Shown: positions 1 through 16,252, counted from the first letter of the stretch. The stretch is DNA of 64,000 nt from the human T2T-CHM13v2.0 reference genome, Homo sapiens (GCF_009914755.1 NC_060933.1), one strand, 5' to 3'. The notes: generated by a model from the letters alone, not told the origin. Made by a program: numbers and translations.

Positions 1-519
1 GAGCCTGTCCACACCTGCCTCCCTGCGATGGCTGTTGTTCTGTTTCCCCTGCTCACTGCCCTGTCAGTCACAATCTGCTCACACAGGTTTGCTTGCTTGT
101 TATCCACGCCCCCACTAAGCTTAAAGCCTCGCAAGGGCAGCAACTCTGTAGTCGTATTTACAGCGATGTCTACATGGACTCTGAGCTTGAAAACCACCTG
201 GTGATTGAAAGAATGAAGGACTCTGCTTTCTAGTAGGTGAATGACTCTTTGTCAAAGGATTACACAAAAAACAAACAATGATGCAGTGAGGTAACTGCTG
301 TGAAGGGAGTTTACAGTGTGCACGAGGGCACAACACACTGGGGCTGACCTCTGCTGGGTCTTGCATGGAGGCACACACAACCCTGTGGGGTAGGAGCTGG
401 CGTTGCTTCCTCAGAGAAGCATCCCTGATACCCCAGATGAGTGCAGGCCTCCCTGTCATGTGGCTTGACAGCTCCCTGTACTTTCCCTACAGCACTTATT
501 GCAACGATACACATTTATA

Positions 520-752
520 CAATTAGTTTTATTTTCATTGTGCTGAAACGTGCATAAAATTTGCTATTTGTGACGTTCGGTACATTCACAGTGTTGCTCA
601 ACCATCACTGCTATCTAGTTCCAGAAATTTTCATCATCTCAAAAGGAAACCCCATACACTTTAAACGGTCACTCCCCATCCTCCATACCCCGGGAAACAC
701 TCATCTTTCTGTGTCTATGATTTGCCTATTCTAGATATTTCTTATAAATAAG
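520..752 (-). mobile_element. Old L1M (L1MB-like) 3' end fragment
   Basis: Antisense L1M 3' UTR motifs (caaccatcactgctatctagttccagaaatttt...tttgcctattctagatatttcttataaat); interrupts an L2 remnant. Confidence 0.7.
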
Positions 753-781
753 ATGTAATTAGTTAAAAATGTTTTCCCCCC

Positions 782-1127
782 ACAGCCATAAAAAAGAATG
801 AAATCACATCTTCTGCAGCAACATGGATGGAGCTGGAGGCCATTATCCTAAGTGAAATGACTCAGAAACAGAAAATCAAATACCGTGTGTTCTCACTTAT
901 AAGTGGGAGCTAAACAATGGTTACTCATGGACATAAAGAGGGAAATAATAGACACTGGTGACTCCAAAATCCAGAAGGGTGGGAGGAGGGTGAGGGTTGA
1001 AAAATTACCTATTAGATGCAATGTTTACTATTCGGGTGATGGGTTCACCAGAAGCCCAACCTCACCATTACACAATATATCCATGTAACCTGTACATGTG
1101 CCCCCTGAAACTATAAAAAACAAAAAC
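782..1127 (+). mobile_element. L1PA15/16- or L1PB-like 3' end
   Basis: cagccataaaaaagaatgaaatc...gcagcaacatggatggagctggaggccattatcctaagtgaa...ttctcacttataagtgggagctaaac, ending in an A-rich tail. Confidence 0.85.
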
Positions 1128-1754
1128 CAGTGGAGGAAAATATTTTCTTCCTCTCTTTTCGTCTCCCTCAGGGTAAGAATTGTAGGATTTGTGTCTGTCT
1201 GGCTTACTTTCGCCCAGTCCTGGCACAGAGGCTGGCATGTGCTCTATGCCCCCCAAACAGTGGTGGCATGATGGAAGAACATTTTCTCACTGCACGTCTG
1301 CAAGCTCACTGGATGAAAACGGTGTGACTTATAGGATACAGGAGTCAGCGTGCTTGGGTACAGTTCCTCCAAATGCCTCTTGCTAGATCAAGTATTACCT
1401 TAGTCTTGTTATTAAACACCTTGGCACATCAATTTCCTCATCAATGAATTGGGGAGAGTTGTAATGCCTGCCTCCTTCGGGTAACACGAGGACAACTGAC
1501 ACTCTATCTGCACAAGTGCCTGTTGCAGCAGCTGGCCCAGAGCAGGCTCTCAGGATCACTAGCTATTATTATATTCCTTGTGCTTTTCAACCCCAAGTTC
1601 TGGACTGGGTCATATACAGAGTCTATGGCAAATGCACGTTAGTTTGAATGATGCCTAAAAGGGTTTAAAAATTAGGCAGGTGGATGCCTAGGTCAAAACT
1701 GAAGAGAGTTCAGTTGGGATGATGATAAAGAAGAGACTTCTCCCATGAGATTTT

Positions 1755-2085
1755 GTTCAGTTGTGCTGCAACACCAGTATCTCAGAGACTTACAACACTG
1801 CGAGTGTGTTTGGCTCACTCTGTAGGTCCCTGTGGGCCAACTGTGGCTCTGCTCCATGGGCTTTTTATTCTGAGATCCAGGCTGAGGATGCAGCTCTCAT
1901 CTGGGCTGTGCTGCTCCTGTCGCATGGCAGAGGGGAGTGACAGGGTTGGCTCCAAGACTCCTGCTCCCGTGTTGCATACATCACTACTGCTTATATCCTG
2001 AGGCCACACCAATCACAGCCAAGCCAAGCAGGGCAGCCACGGTGATCTCTTCCAGGGAGTGCAGCAAATGACTGGGAATAATTAT
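1755..2085. mobile_element. Degenerate MLT1 (MaLR) LTR
   Basis: tcagttgtgctgcaac...tctcagagacttacaacac... resembles old MLT1 LTRs; highly diverged. Confidence 0.5.
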
Positions 2086-2890
2086 ACACAACCATGCTGT
2101 GGTCTCAGAGCTTTAGTTATGTTTCGGGCATCTTCCGATGCATCCCTCTAGTTCATGCACTCCAACTCTCTACCCACAAGTTAGAACCATCATCCCAAGA
2201 GTTTTGAGAGGGTTGTCAGCTAGCAGTAGCTACTCTGTGGTCTGTGAGGCTCTCCTGCTCTGCAGATTTGGTCCATAGATGGAAAGCTTTGAAACTCCAT
2301 TTGTGGCAGTGTTATTTATGGTAATGGAAAGCTGGGAAGAATCTAAATATCCAGCAATAGGGGAAAGGGAATAAATGGTGGTTTGTTCACACAAATGGTA
2401 CTCTGTACCACCATCAAAATAAATAAATGACAGCAAAGTATTAAATTGGAGGAATCTCCAAAACATACACAGTGAGTGGAAAAAGCAGATGTGGGATGAT
2501 ACCATGTGAAAATATGCAAAGTGCTGGAAACCATCTGGCAGTTCCTTAAAATGTTAAAATAAACATAAGTTACTATATCACCAAGTGATTCTACTCCTAG
2601 GTATGTAACCAAGAGAACTGAAAATGTCTGTCTGTATAAAAACTTGCACATGAATATTCATAGCAGCATTATTCATAATAGCTGAAAAGTAGAAGCAACC
2701 TAAATGTCCATCAACCGATGACTGGAAAAAGTAGTATATCCACCAAATGGAATATTATTTGGCCATAAAAAGGAATGAAGTACTGATACATGCCATAACA
2801 TGGATGAACCTTGAAAGCATTATGCTACATGAAAAAAGTCAGTCACAAAAATCTCATATTTCATGATTCTGCTTGTATAAAAAGCTCATC

Positions 2891-3178
2891 AGCCGTGTGC
2901 AGTGGCTCATGCCTGTTGCAGTTTGGGAGGCCAAGTCAGGAGAATTGCTTGAGTCCAGGAGTTCAAGAGCAGCCTGGGCAGCTAAGTGACGTCCTGTATC
3001 TATAAAAAATAAAAAAATTAGCTGGACATGGTGGCATATGCCTGTGGTCCCAGCTACTCGGGAGGCTAAGGTGGGAGGATTACTTGAACCCAGGAGGTTG
3101 AGGCCGCACTGAGCTGTAATCATTCCACTGTACACCAGCCTGGGCAGCAGAGCAAGACCTTGTCTGAAAAACAAAAAA
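2891..3178 (+). mobile_element. AluJ
   Basis: Dimeric Alu with J-type diagnostics (gagaattgcttgagtccaggagttcaag; gtgggaggattacttgaacccagg) and A tail. Confidence 0.9.
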
Positions 3179-3390
3179 GTCCATTATAGGCCAATCTATG
3201 GGGACAAAAGTTATATTAGTGGCTGCCAGGGGCTAGGGAGAGGGGAGAATGAGGAATGATTGATTGCTTAGATGGCATGAGGTTTCCTTCTGGGCTGATA
3301 AAAATATTCTAGATCTAGATAGTGGTGATAGTTGCACAATACTTTGTATGTACTAAATGTCACTGAATTATACACTTCAGAATGGTTAAA

Positions 3391-3660
3391 GCTGGATGTG
3401 GTGGCTCGCACCTGAAATCCCATCACTTTGGGAGGCGGGCTGATCACTTGAGTCCAAGAGTTTGAGACCAGCCTTCGCAACATGGTGAAACTCCATATCT
3501 ACAAAAATTACAAAAACTAGCTGAGCATGGTGGCATGCGCCTGTAGTCCCAGCTACTTAGGAGGCTGAGGTGGGAGGATCACCTGAGCCCTGGAGGTTGA
3601 GGCTGCAGTAAGCTGAGATCATACCACTGCACTCTAGCCTGGGTAACAGAGAGAGACCCT
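3391..3660 (+). mobile_element. AluJ (tail lost)
   Basis: Dimeric Alu, gtgggaggatcacctgagccctggaggttgaggctgcag; no poly(A). Confidence 0.9.
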
Positions 3661-5039
3661 ATAATGTTAAATTTTATCATGTTATGTGTGTTTTACCACA
3701 GTAGGGAAAGATAAGCAGGACAACACATATATAGTGTGTATAAAAACCCACAGGGAGGAACTGCATATACCTATATCAGATTATTATTATACAGCAGAAT
3801 ATTAGTTATCTCTGGGGAAGGAGAAAAGGGGCTGGGAGGATGGATGAGCAGTGAAGGAATTTCCAGCATACTATACCTGTGACATTTTATTGCTTTAGAA
3901 TGCTTTTGAGGGCATTTTGTCAAAATGGCAAAATGTCAACATTGATTAAATCTGGGTTAGTGTGGGAGTATTTATTGTAAGATTCTATGCATTTTTCTGA
4001 ATGTTTGAAATATATCATAATTAGAAGAAAGCCCAGCAGCTTGGAAAGCCCTGTCTCTGGACAGCTGAAAGTGTGCCTGTGTCTTCTACCTCACTGCATT
4101 CTGGGAGCAGGTGACTTAGGGAACAGGGAACATTCGATTTCATTGTGTTTTTGCCTGGCTGCATCCCATTATTTTAGATTCTATTGAAATTAATGATGCA
4201 GGGACCTTATTTTTTTTCCACCCAGGCCTGGAACTTTAACTCTGATCAATGAATTTCATTTTCCAGAGGCACAGTGATGGGCTGGGGGTTTTCATCTCAG
4301 ATAATTGCCTTTTTTCCTTTTATTTGGTGAAAGACAGAATTTTCCTTTCAGGCCCAAACTATTCAAAAATAAGGCAGTAAACTTGTTTTCTCAGTTTGCG
4401 ATTTTTAAAATGAGTTATTCCATCATCATTATAAGCAATTCTCCAATCTATAGAAACTCTCAGAAATGATGAAGTGGGAGACAGAGGAAGCTCTGTTGCT
4501 AATTTTAGATGATGTTACTGATTATGTCTCTTGAATAAACAAATTCTGAGAGTGTCTCTGGGGATGAGGCAGGAGGCGGTGGGGAGTTGTTTTTCCTCAG
4601 TAAGATTTAATACCTTTCTGGGTCCTGTTCTTTTTTCCTATAAAACAAAATGATTACCCTTGTTGTTTCCTGAGTGCCTATGCAATGAAGTTACCAATCG
4701 TTTTAACAAAATATAGCCATATTTTACATATCCAGCAACAAGCATAATATCCCTGGGGTCACTATTGTTCAAACCTTTTCTGAAGGTCCCTTCAAGGTCA
4801 TGTTGTCCAACAAACTCGTTTTACAGATGAGAAAACTGAGGCCCAGTTTGGCAACAAGATTTGTCCATGATCCTGAAGTCTGTTTTCTATTTCAAGGTGA
4901 AATCTCTCTATGATCTACTCACTAATCTACCTCACTCACCAGTTGTGTATTCCAATGTCTTTTGTCTGTGAAAATCAAACTTTTCTTTCCAAGGGTGTAG
5001 ATTGCCCACTAAAAATTTTTCCTTGGGACAATCATGCTG

Positions 5040-5614
<575 letters not shown>

Positions 5615-5659
5615 TCAGCCTTCACACACTGGCATGTTACCAGTGAAAACTGGCTTCTC

Positions 5660-5880
5660 TCGGGCTCATACACGTGCTAAGCATTGTATTCATTGCAGTT
5701 TGTGGATTTTCTTTTTAAATTCTCATATAACTCTTTAATGTAGGTGTTATCGTTATCCTCATTTCAACTGATAGGGAAACTAAGGCACAGATGGGTGAAG
5801 CAACTCACCGAAGGTCACACAGCCACTGGAAAGCAGCCAGAATTTGCACTCAGGCCTGCTGGCTCCAGGGCCCTTGTGTG
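5660..5880 (-). mobile_element. MIR
   Basis: tatcctcatttcaactgatagggaaactaaggcacagatgggtgaagcaactcaccgaaggtcacacagc. Confidence 0.75.
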
Positions 5881-6145
5881 TGTAACCTCAAGGCTGTCAT
5901 TCTTTTCTGCTTTTGTGTCCAAGGAGGTATTTGCAGATCAGTGAGATGTTCTTAGCTGATGAACCCCAGAATCTTATCATCTCAATCCAGAAATCTTCAG
6001 AATATCTTCATGGTTTATGAAGGAACACTAGGGAGAGACATAGCAGACAGTACAACCCAGATGATGTCAGCCAGGCCTCAAATTTCCTTTCCTTGACAGG
6101 GGTCACTTTCTTGTTTACTTTCTGGCTGTTGGCAGGATGATTTCT

Positions 6146-6818
6146 TTCTTTTTTTTTTTAAATTTTATTATTATACTTTTAAGTTTTAGGGTACTTGTGC
6201 ACAATGTGCAGGTTTGTTACGTATATATACATGTGCCATGTTGGTGTGCTGCACCCATTAACTCATCATTTAGCATTAGGTATATCTCCTAATGCTATCC
6301 CTCCCCCCTCCCCCCACCTCACAACAGTCCCCAGTGTGTGATGTTCCCCTTCCTGTGTCCATGTATTCTCATTGTTCAATTCCCACCTATGAGTGAGAAC
6401 ATGCGGTATTTGGTTTTTTGTCCTTGTGATAGTTTGCTGAGAATGATAGTTTCCAGTTTCATCCGTGTGCCTACAAAGGACATGAACTCATCATTTTTTA
6501 TGGCTGCATAGTATTCCACGGTGTATATGTGCCACATTTTCTTAATCCAGTCTATCATTGTTGGACATTTGGGTTGGTTCCAAGTCTTTGCTATTGTGAC
6601 TAGTGCCGCGATAAACATACATGTGCATGTGTCTTTATAGCAGCATGATTTATAATCCTTTGGGTATATACCCAGTAATGGGATGGCTGGGTCAAATGGT
6701 ATTTCTAGTTCTAGATCCCTGAGGAACCGCCACATTGACTTCCACAATGGTTGAACAAGTTTACAGTCCTACCAACAGTGTAAAACTGTTCCTATTTCTC
6801 CACATCCTCTCTAGCACC
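6146..6818 (-). mobile_element. 5'-truncated L1PA (L1PA3-5-like)
   Basis: Antisense L1PA 3' UTR and ORF2 C-terminus (ORF 6376-6747); perfect 16 bp TSD tggcaggatgatttct at 6130-6145 and 6819-6834. Confidence 0.97.
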
Positions 6819-6849
6819 TGGCAGGATGATTTCTAAAAGAAAGAGCTTG

Positions 6850-7495
6850 TGTTAAAGGACATACAATTACAGTGAGATAGAAGGAGTAAGTTCTGCATCC
6901 TATAACACTGTAGGGTGACAATAGTTAACAATAATATATTATTTAGTGTATTATTCTGTTTTCATGCTGCTGATAAAGACATACCCAAGACTGGGTAATT
7001 TATAAAGAAAGAGATTTAATGGACTCACAGTTCATCATGGCTGGGGAGGCCTCAAAATCATGGTGGAAGGTGAAAGGCACGTCTTACATGGCAGCAGACA
7101 GGAGAGAAAGAGAACCAAGTGAAAGGGGAAACCCCTTATAAAGTCATCAGATCTCATGAGACTTATCCACTATCAACAGAACGTAATGGGTGAAACTGCC
7201 TCCGTGATTCAGTTATCTCCCACTGGGTCTCTCCCACAACAAGTGGGAATTATGGGAGCTATAATTTAAGATGAGATTTGGGTAGGGACAGAGGCAAACC
7301 ATATCATATAGTTTCAAATCACTAGGAGGAAGATATTGAATGTTCCCAACACAAAGAAATGATGAATGTTTGAGTCGATGCATATGCTAATTACCCTAAT
7401 CTGTTCATTATACATTATATGTATCAAAACATTACTATGTACCTTGTAAATAGGTACAATTATTATACGTCAATTAAAATAATGAAATTTAAAAA
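6850..7495 (+). mobile_element. L1MA 3' end split by a THE1 LTR
   Basis: tagggtgacaatagttaacaataatat...[LTR]...ttgaatgttcccaacacaaagaaatgatgaatgtttgag...gctaattaccct. Confidence 0.85.
6947..7306 (-). mobile_element. THE1 (THE1B/C-like) solo LTR
   Basis: tgtatta...ttttcatgctgctgataaagacatacccaagactggg...gatgagatttgggtagggacagaggcaaaccatatca; TG..CA ends; 5 bp TSD tttag/tatag. Confidence 0.95.
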
Positions 7496-8276
7496 TGGCA
7501 CCTGGAGTTTTATTTACTTGGGATAAGGAGAGACTGAAGAGGGAGACCACATATTTCGAAAGGATGTTTTGAAAGCTGACCCAGGATGAATGCTCTTGCC
7601 TTCCAAATTTCAGATCAGAGCAACTTCCTTGGCATCACCTGCTTCCACCAACTCTGTCTGCACCAGGAAAAATCAGGTCAGCTACTTACTCAACAGGACC
7701 TCTGACATTGTTTCCTGTGGACAGAGTTCCCTGAGGTCTTCACTGCAATAGAGTTGGAACCACTGAGAATGGATTTGGGCCCTGGTAAGAACATTCCTTT
7801 GGTGCCCCCAGCAAGGGACCCCACTAAAAATCTTTGCATGTGATTTATAGTGCATGTCGTAGAATGGTGCCCTGCAACCCCTTTTCTATTGCTGAACAGA
7901 GTCCTGGTTTTCTGTGCTGGCTTCCCCATTCTCTGGGAGGCTCTGAGTGGGGAGGAATATCAAGAAGAAGGCGGCAGTTTTGATGCCCTGTTTCCTGGTC
8001 TGTCTTACCCTGCAACCCCTCAACCTCCCACACCTACCTGTGCCCTCACTTTTCCTTTCATCCACGTACGTCCAGCCTCATAGACTGAGAATCCATGGCC
8101 CAGGTCCTCTCCCAGTCCTTGTTAGTATCTATTTTACATGTCAATGGAGCATATTCTATCGACAGTGCTATTTCTCTTTCTTTTTTTTTTTTTTTTCAAA
8201 TAAGTTCTTCAGTATTACCACATAATGAAAGCCAATCTTCTCATCAGCCTAAAAGTCTGCATTGTGCCCTTGTCAA

Positions 8277-8510
8277 TGAACAATGAGAACACATGGACAC
8301 AGGGAGGGGAACATCACACACTGGGGCCAGTCATGGGGTGGGGAGCAAGGGGAGGGAAAGCATTAGGACAAATACCTAATGCATGCTGGGCTTAAAACCT
8401 AGGTGACGGTTGAATAGGTGCAGCAAACCGCCATGACGCATGTATATCTATGTAACAAACCTGCACGTTCTACACATGTAGCCCAGAACTTAAAGTAAAA
8501 TAAAAATAAA
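8277..8510 (+). mobile_element. L1PA (about L1PA8) 3' end
   Basis: caatgagaacacatggacacagggaggggaacatcacacactgggg...cttaaaacctaggtgacgg...agaacttaaagtaaaataaaa. Confidence 0.9.
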
Positions 8511-9299
8511 TTAGTTAAGTCCACATCTCTTATCTGCATTTCTGAAATCTGTGAAGCTTCATAAACCAGTTCTTCTGCTGAGAAAGTTCTTTTTCCTAAC
8601 CTCACCTGAACAGATATGAGGCTATTTGTATTCTTTATTGATCCCACTTATGATGACTGTGTATCTGTTTTGCTGCTGCTACTAGTGTCTTTGATGTATC
8701 GCCCTAGACTCTGCTGGGTATGATATACAATAGAATATAAGCAAAAATAGATTTTCTAAAATTGGGAACATTTTGATTTCCAAAATACATTAGGCCCTAA
8801 AGATTTCAGATAAAAAATTGTGTACCTATATAATGTGCCACACAAGCTGCTTATCTGTTCTCTTGTTGCTATGTGTTTGCGATTTTTTAAAAACACTACT
8901 CTATAATATAAAGATATAAAGTTACTCCTCACCAGTCCCTCCTTCCTTTGGGATTATTTCCTTGGGTACACTCCTCAGAACTAAATTATTTTACATTGGG
9001 CAGGAGCAGTTTTATAGATTGTGTGTCTGGTGCCAGGTTAGTTCCCCAGAACTGTTAAGTTTGTGAGCACCAACGACACCTGATCACTCTCTCCTCACTC
9101 CAGGGAGGGGGATTTGTGTAAGATGCTGTCTTGTTCAGATGAGGCTGTGAAAGTGAGCAAGCTGTGGGACTCCACATAAATAATCAGTTACCCTGTGAAT
9201 GTCTGCTTGGATTTCTGGGTGCAATGTGGTCTCCTCAATTCTGTTGACTGGCTGAGGCCCAGGCTGTTGGCTGGCTTTCTAGGGGGTATCAATCTACTC

Positions 9300-9600
9300 A
9301 TCATCCATCCATGCTTCCATCTTTTCACCCGCCCATCCATCCATCCATCCATCCATCCATCCATCCATCCATCATCCATTCACCCTTCTAACATCCATCG
9401 ATCCACCCATCTATCCATCCATCTGTCCATCATCCATTCACCCTTCTACCATCCATCGATCCACCCACTATCCATCCACCCATCCACCTACCCATCCATC
9501 CACCCATCCACCCACCCACCCACCCCCCACCTCCACCCCGATCTATCCATCCACCTATCCACCCACCTATCCATCCAGCCAGTTATCCATCTAGCCATCC
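9300..9600. repeat. (CCAT)n/(CCAC)n compound microsatellite
   Basis: Direct reading; includes a ~58 bp higher-order duplication starting at 9369 and 9427; abuts an L2 3' end. Confidence 0.95.
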
Positions 9601-9604
9601 TTCC

Positions 9605-10540
<936 letters not shown>

Positions 10541-10921
10541 ATGGGGGCAATTTCTCCCTTCCCTCGGCCCCTTGGAAACCACCATTCCACTCTGATTCTA
10601 GGAGTTGACTATTTTAGATACCTCATGTAAGTGCAGTCAGGAAACATTTGTCTTTCTTTTTTTAAAGATAACATTGTTGAGATGTAATTGGCATATAAGA
10701 CCTGCACATACAGATGTGCACAATTTGTTGCGTTCGGGCAAAAGGCACACACCTGTGCTGTCATCACCACAATCAAGGTCATAGACATATCCAACATCTC
10801 CCAATTGGATGGTGTAGATATAAAACAATTTCATTATTATGCAAAATGTTCTTAGACAATGCTGGTCTAATTTGAAATATAAGCAGGCCTATCATTTTCC
10901 AGGGAGGGCTTCCTTGGTGAC

Positions 10922-11283
10922 TGTTAGGGGTTGAATTGTGTACTCCAAAATTCATGTTGAAATCCTAACCCCCAGTACTTCAGAATGTAACTATATTTAG
11001 AGATTAAAGTCTTTAAAGAGGTAATTAAGATTAAATAAGGTCATTGGGATGGGCTGTAGTCCAATATAATTGTTGTCCTTCTAAGAAGAGGAAATTAGGG
11101 TTTAGACTCACATAGACCATGTGAAGACACGGTGAGAAACTGATCATCTGCAAGTCAAGGAGAGAGGCCTTCTGACACCTTGTTCTTGGACTTCCAGTCT
11201 CCAAAACTGTCAGAAAATAAATTTCTGTTGTTTAATCCACCCAGTCTGTGGCACTTTGTTACGGCAGCCTGAGCAGCAAAACA
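10922..11283 (+). mobile_element. MLT1B-like solo LTR
   Basis: tgttaggggttgaattgtg...gttgaaatcctaacccccagtac...aaataaatttctgttgtttaatccacccagtctgtgg; TSD gtgac/gtgat. Confidence 0.9.
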
Positions 11284-11880
11284 GTGATTTTATTCTTTGA
11301 TCTGCTTATAACACAGGAGAATGCATTGAACTCTTTGGGAATTCAAACCTGTTCAGTCTTGGCCTGTGGAAATATACTAGTCGTAATAGCCTTGGCATGG
11401 ATGTTAGCTCAAGCCACACCTTCTGAGTATTGATGCATCATCCCTGGTGTCCAGAGCTATTATAATCTTCACCCTCTGTCATGTGACTTTTGAAGAATGA
11501 ACCCAGAGTAGCCTTTGTGGATTGCTTTATTCCTGTAATTAAGTTTATAGCCTTTAATCTTAGGTCGTTAATGTATTTCTTTTTAAATTAGTAAATAAGT
11601 AAGTAATAGACATAAGAAAAAAATTCCATACAGCTCAAGAAAAGCAGGGGAAAATAAATTCTTAAGACAATAACAGTACAGGGTCAGGAGCAAGGAAATC
11701 AAATTCCTAGTTCAACATTGAATAGCTTGGATTTTAAAAATGTTATGTAATATTTTTATATATAAGATAATGTTACATAATGATAGTTACATTATCACTG
11801 TGACATTATTACATATATTATGGAATTATAGTTTATGTATATGTATGCATGTGCATATCTATATGTGTAGATATATAGTA

Positions 11881-12728
<848 letters not shown>

Positions 12729-12739
12729 TTAAATTATGA

Positions 12740-13186
<447 letters not shown>

Positions 13187-13425
13187 TTCTTTGTTTTTTT
13201 TAACAATAGGGCTTCAGTACTTCTCTATGTACCCCCTAAACATGATCTAATTTAGGATCGTTTGTGTTTTAACTTTCTAAAAGTGGTATCACACTTACAT
13301 GTAGTACTCCAAGAGTTACTTCTTTTCATTCAATATTATGCTTCTAGGATTTATCCATGCTGCTTGGAGCTATAATTTCATTGTCTTCACTGCACAGCGT
13401 TGCATTGCATAAATACATAATTTAG

Positions 13426-13814
<389 letters not shown>

Positions 13815-15004
13815 CTATTGTATATTACAATAGCTTCTCTTAGTTACGTACCTACAATGCTTTTATAATTTAAAAAGTTTGAAGGATATGTACAAATGTA
13901 AAATATGCTTGAAAGTAATTCTCTTTTTGAGTAAAATTAAGCAAATAAATATTGTTTTGTTTGAAACAATCTAGTCATAGGACATTCCAGAAACTGATCT
14001 TTTATTGTATCATTAGCAGCTCCTGTAGCTTATCTCATTTCTTACGATAAATAAAGGTAGTTCAGAATCTTTAACTCAGTAGCTTTCGTTGAAGTATCTT
14101 TAAAAGCTCATATGTGAGATGCTGTAATCTTCCTTTTATTTTCACGCCTATATCCTGATTTCTTGACTAGGTGGTAAACAATGTGAAGGTATGTAATGAA
14201 GATATATTGCCTCCATTTACGGGGAAGGAAATTGAGACTCAGCGAAATTGAGTAATTTGCCCAAGTCACAAAACAGAGCTGGGAATCAGTCCAAAACCCA
14301 TGCATGTCTTGCTACGGGATGCTGTGGGTCACAGATGTTTGTCTCCTTCTCCCCCAGTGTCTGCTCTCACCTCTTGCTACTGGGGTTGGCACATGAGAAA
14401 AGGAAGCCTCTGTATTTGGCAGGCTGGTTGTCTACTAATTGCTGTCATTTCTTAAATGCCTGCTATGTGCTTCCCAGACACAGTGCTAAAAACTCTAGCT
14501 GAGGCTGAGTTAATCCTCATGACAACAATATGATACTGATGTTATTCTCTACATTTCTCAAGTTTAGGGGAATGAGACCCAGAATGAATAACATTCAAGA
14601 TCACACAGGTAGAAGAGACAGCAGAGTTGGGTCTCTAATCCAGGTCTGTCTTACTCCCAAGCCTTTATTCTTTCTAAAAATATCATATTGCTTTCAGAAG
14701 GAGAAAAAGCCAAATGTGCTTCCAATGTGGTATTACTTCCCATCAGGCTCTGATTAAGTATCTGTGCCTATGTTGCTAGAAGGAGGCAGAGTGACACAAA
14801 AATGTTTAGAACGATTATGAAAACTTAATTTAGATGTGCCTCTGGGGGGATACCACCCAGGGCTCAAACCCAAAACAGAACCTTTTGAGTGATTTTTGAC
14901 TTTTGATACCCGAAGTCCTAGTCCCTGCTGGAATTTAACTAGGATGATAAGGAAGTTGGTCTGCATACACATATGTAATTGATGATCTTCAGAGTGGGGT
15001 TGGG

Positions 15005-15230
15005 TTTAAAAGCATAGACTCTGAAGTTGGGTGGACTTGAGTTCAACCCTGGCTCTTCCACTTATGAGTTGTGCGATCTTGGATAAGTTACTTAACCTCT
15101 CTGAGCCTAAGTTTTTCCATCTTTGGAGTGGTAATGATTAACAGTGACATCTTTATAGAGTTTTTGTGATGATTGATTCAACTCATGCAAACCTCATAAA
15201 ATAATGCTGCTATCAGCTATTGTTAGTATT
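15005..15230 (+). mobile_element. MIR
   Basis: gagttcaaccctggctcttccacttatgagttgtgcgatcttggataagttacttaacctctctgagcct. Confidence 0.85.
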
Positions 15231-15383
15231 GAGTGATAATAGTAAAGAGACAGAGCAGTGAATCAGGCTAAGCTTCAGGGATTCGTCAAGAAATGAGAGG
15301 AATGGCCAGGTTATTCCACTGTGGGTGATTAAAAATCTGTACATTTGTGTTGCTTTGTGATCTTTGGACAAAGTCCACTAGAT

Positions 15384-15698
15384 CAGTGGTCCCCAACCTT
15401 TTTGGCACCAGGGACCGGTTTTGTGGCAGACATTTTTTTCCACTGACAAGGTTGAGGGGATGGTTTCGGGATGAAACTGCTCCACCTGAGATTATCAGGC
15501 ATTAGATTCTCATAAAGAGTACACAACCTAGATCCCTCTCATGCGCAGTTCATAGTAAGGTTTGTGCTCTAATGCTGCTGCTGATCTGACAGGAGGGGGA
15601 GCTCAGGTGGTAATGCTCGCCCAGCTCCTGCTGTGTGACCTGGTTCCTAACAGGCCACAGACAGTACCAGTCCACTGCCTGGAGGCTGGGGACTCCTG
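15384..15698 (+). mobile_element. MER1B (hAT-Charlie non-autonomous element)
   Basis: cagtggtccccaacctttttggcaccagggaccggtttt...ggggactcctg terminal inverted repeats; perfect 8 bp TSD cactagat (15376-15383, 15699-15706). Confidence 0.95.
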
Positions 15699-15812
15699 CA
15701 CTAGATTCTCTCAGTAGCCCTGCAAAGCTAGCAGGGCCTACCTGATGGCCCTCTACTATCAACGAGAAAGCTAGGCCATGCAGAGAGTGGGAGGACAAGT
15801 GACTCACTCAAG

Positions 15813-16027
15813 GTTTCTCTTGCTTTTTCTTTCTCTTCCTTCCTTCCTTTCTGCCTTCCCTCCCCTCCTCTCCCTTCCTTCCTCTCCCCTCCCTTTCCCT
15901 CCCCTCCCCTCCCCTTCTGCCTCTCCCTCCCCCCTTCCCCTCCCTCCCTCCCTACCTTCCTTCCTTCCTTCCTTCCTTCTTTGCTTTCTTTCTTTTCTAT
16001 CCTTCCTTCCTTTCTTTTCTTTTTTTC
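15813..16027. repeat. Polypyrimidine (CT/CCTT/CCCCT) tract, probably an expanded L1MA tail
   Basis: ~210 bp almost pure pyrimidine, followed by an antisense L1MA 3' end (16028-16150). Confidence 0.9.
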
Positions 16028-16216
16028 AATTGATGAATAATAATTGTATCTGTTTAAGAGGTATAATGTGATGGTTATATATATACATGTCATAAAATAT
16101 TAAATCAAACTAATTAACATATCCATCACCTCACCTACTTACCACTTTTTCCCCCACCTGCTCTTTCTGGGGACAGAACTCAGGTGGCTTATTTGAATCC
16201 TACTTTGGTTGAAGTT

Positions 16217-16220
<4 letters not shown>

Positions 16221-16252
<32 letters not shown>

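Larger units (their letters stand above)
2275..4025 (+). mobile_element. Old L1M 3' fragments (L1MB/L1ME-like) interrupted by two Alus
   Basis: tggaaaccatctggcagttccttaaaatgttaaa, gaatattcatagcagcattattcataatagc, tggaatattatttggccataaaaaggaatgaagtactgatacatg, gtactaaatgtcactgaatt. Confidence 0.8.

Noticed and set aside
6376-6747. 123 aa ORF (also 19155-19844, 28565-28996, 31331-31558, 23575-23760)
   Set aside because: Fragments of the L1 ORF2 C-terminus in truncated L1 copies, not host genes.
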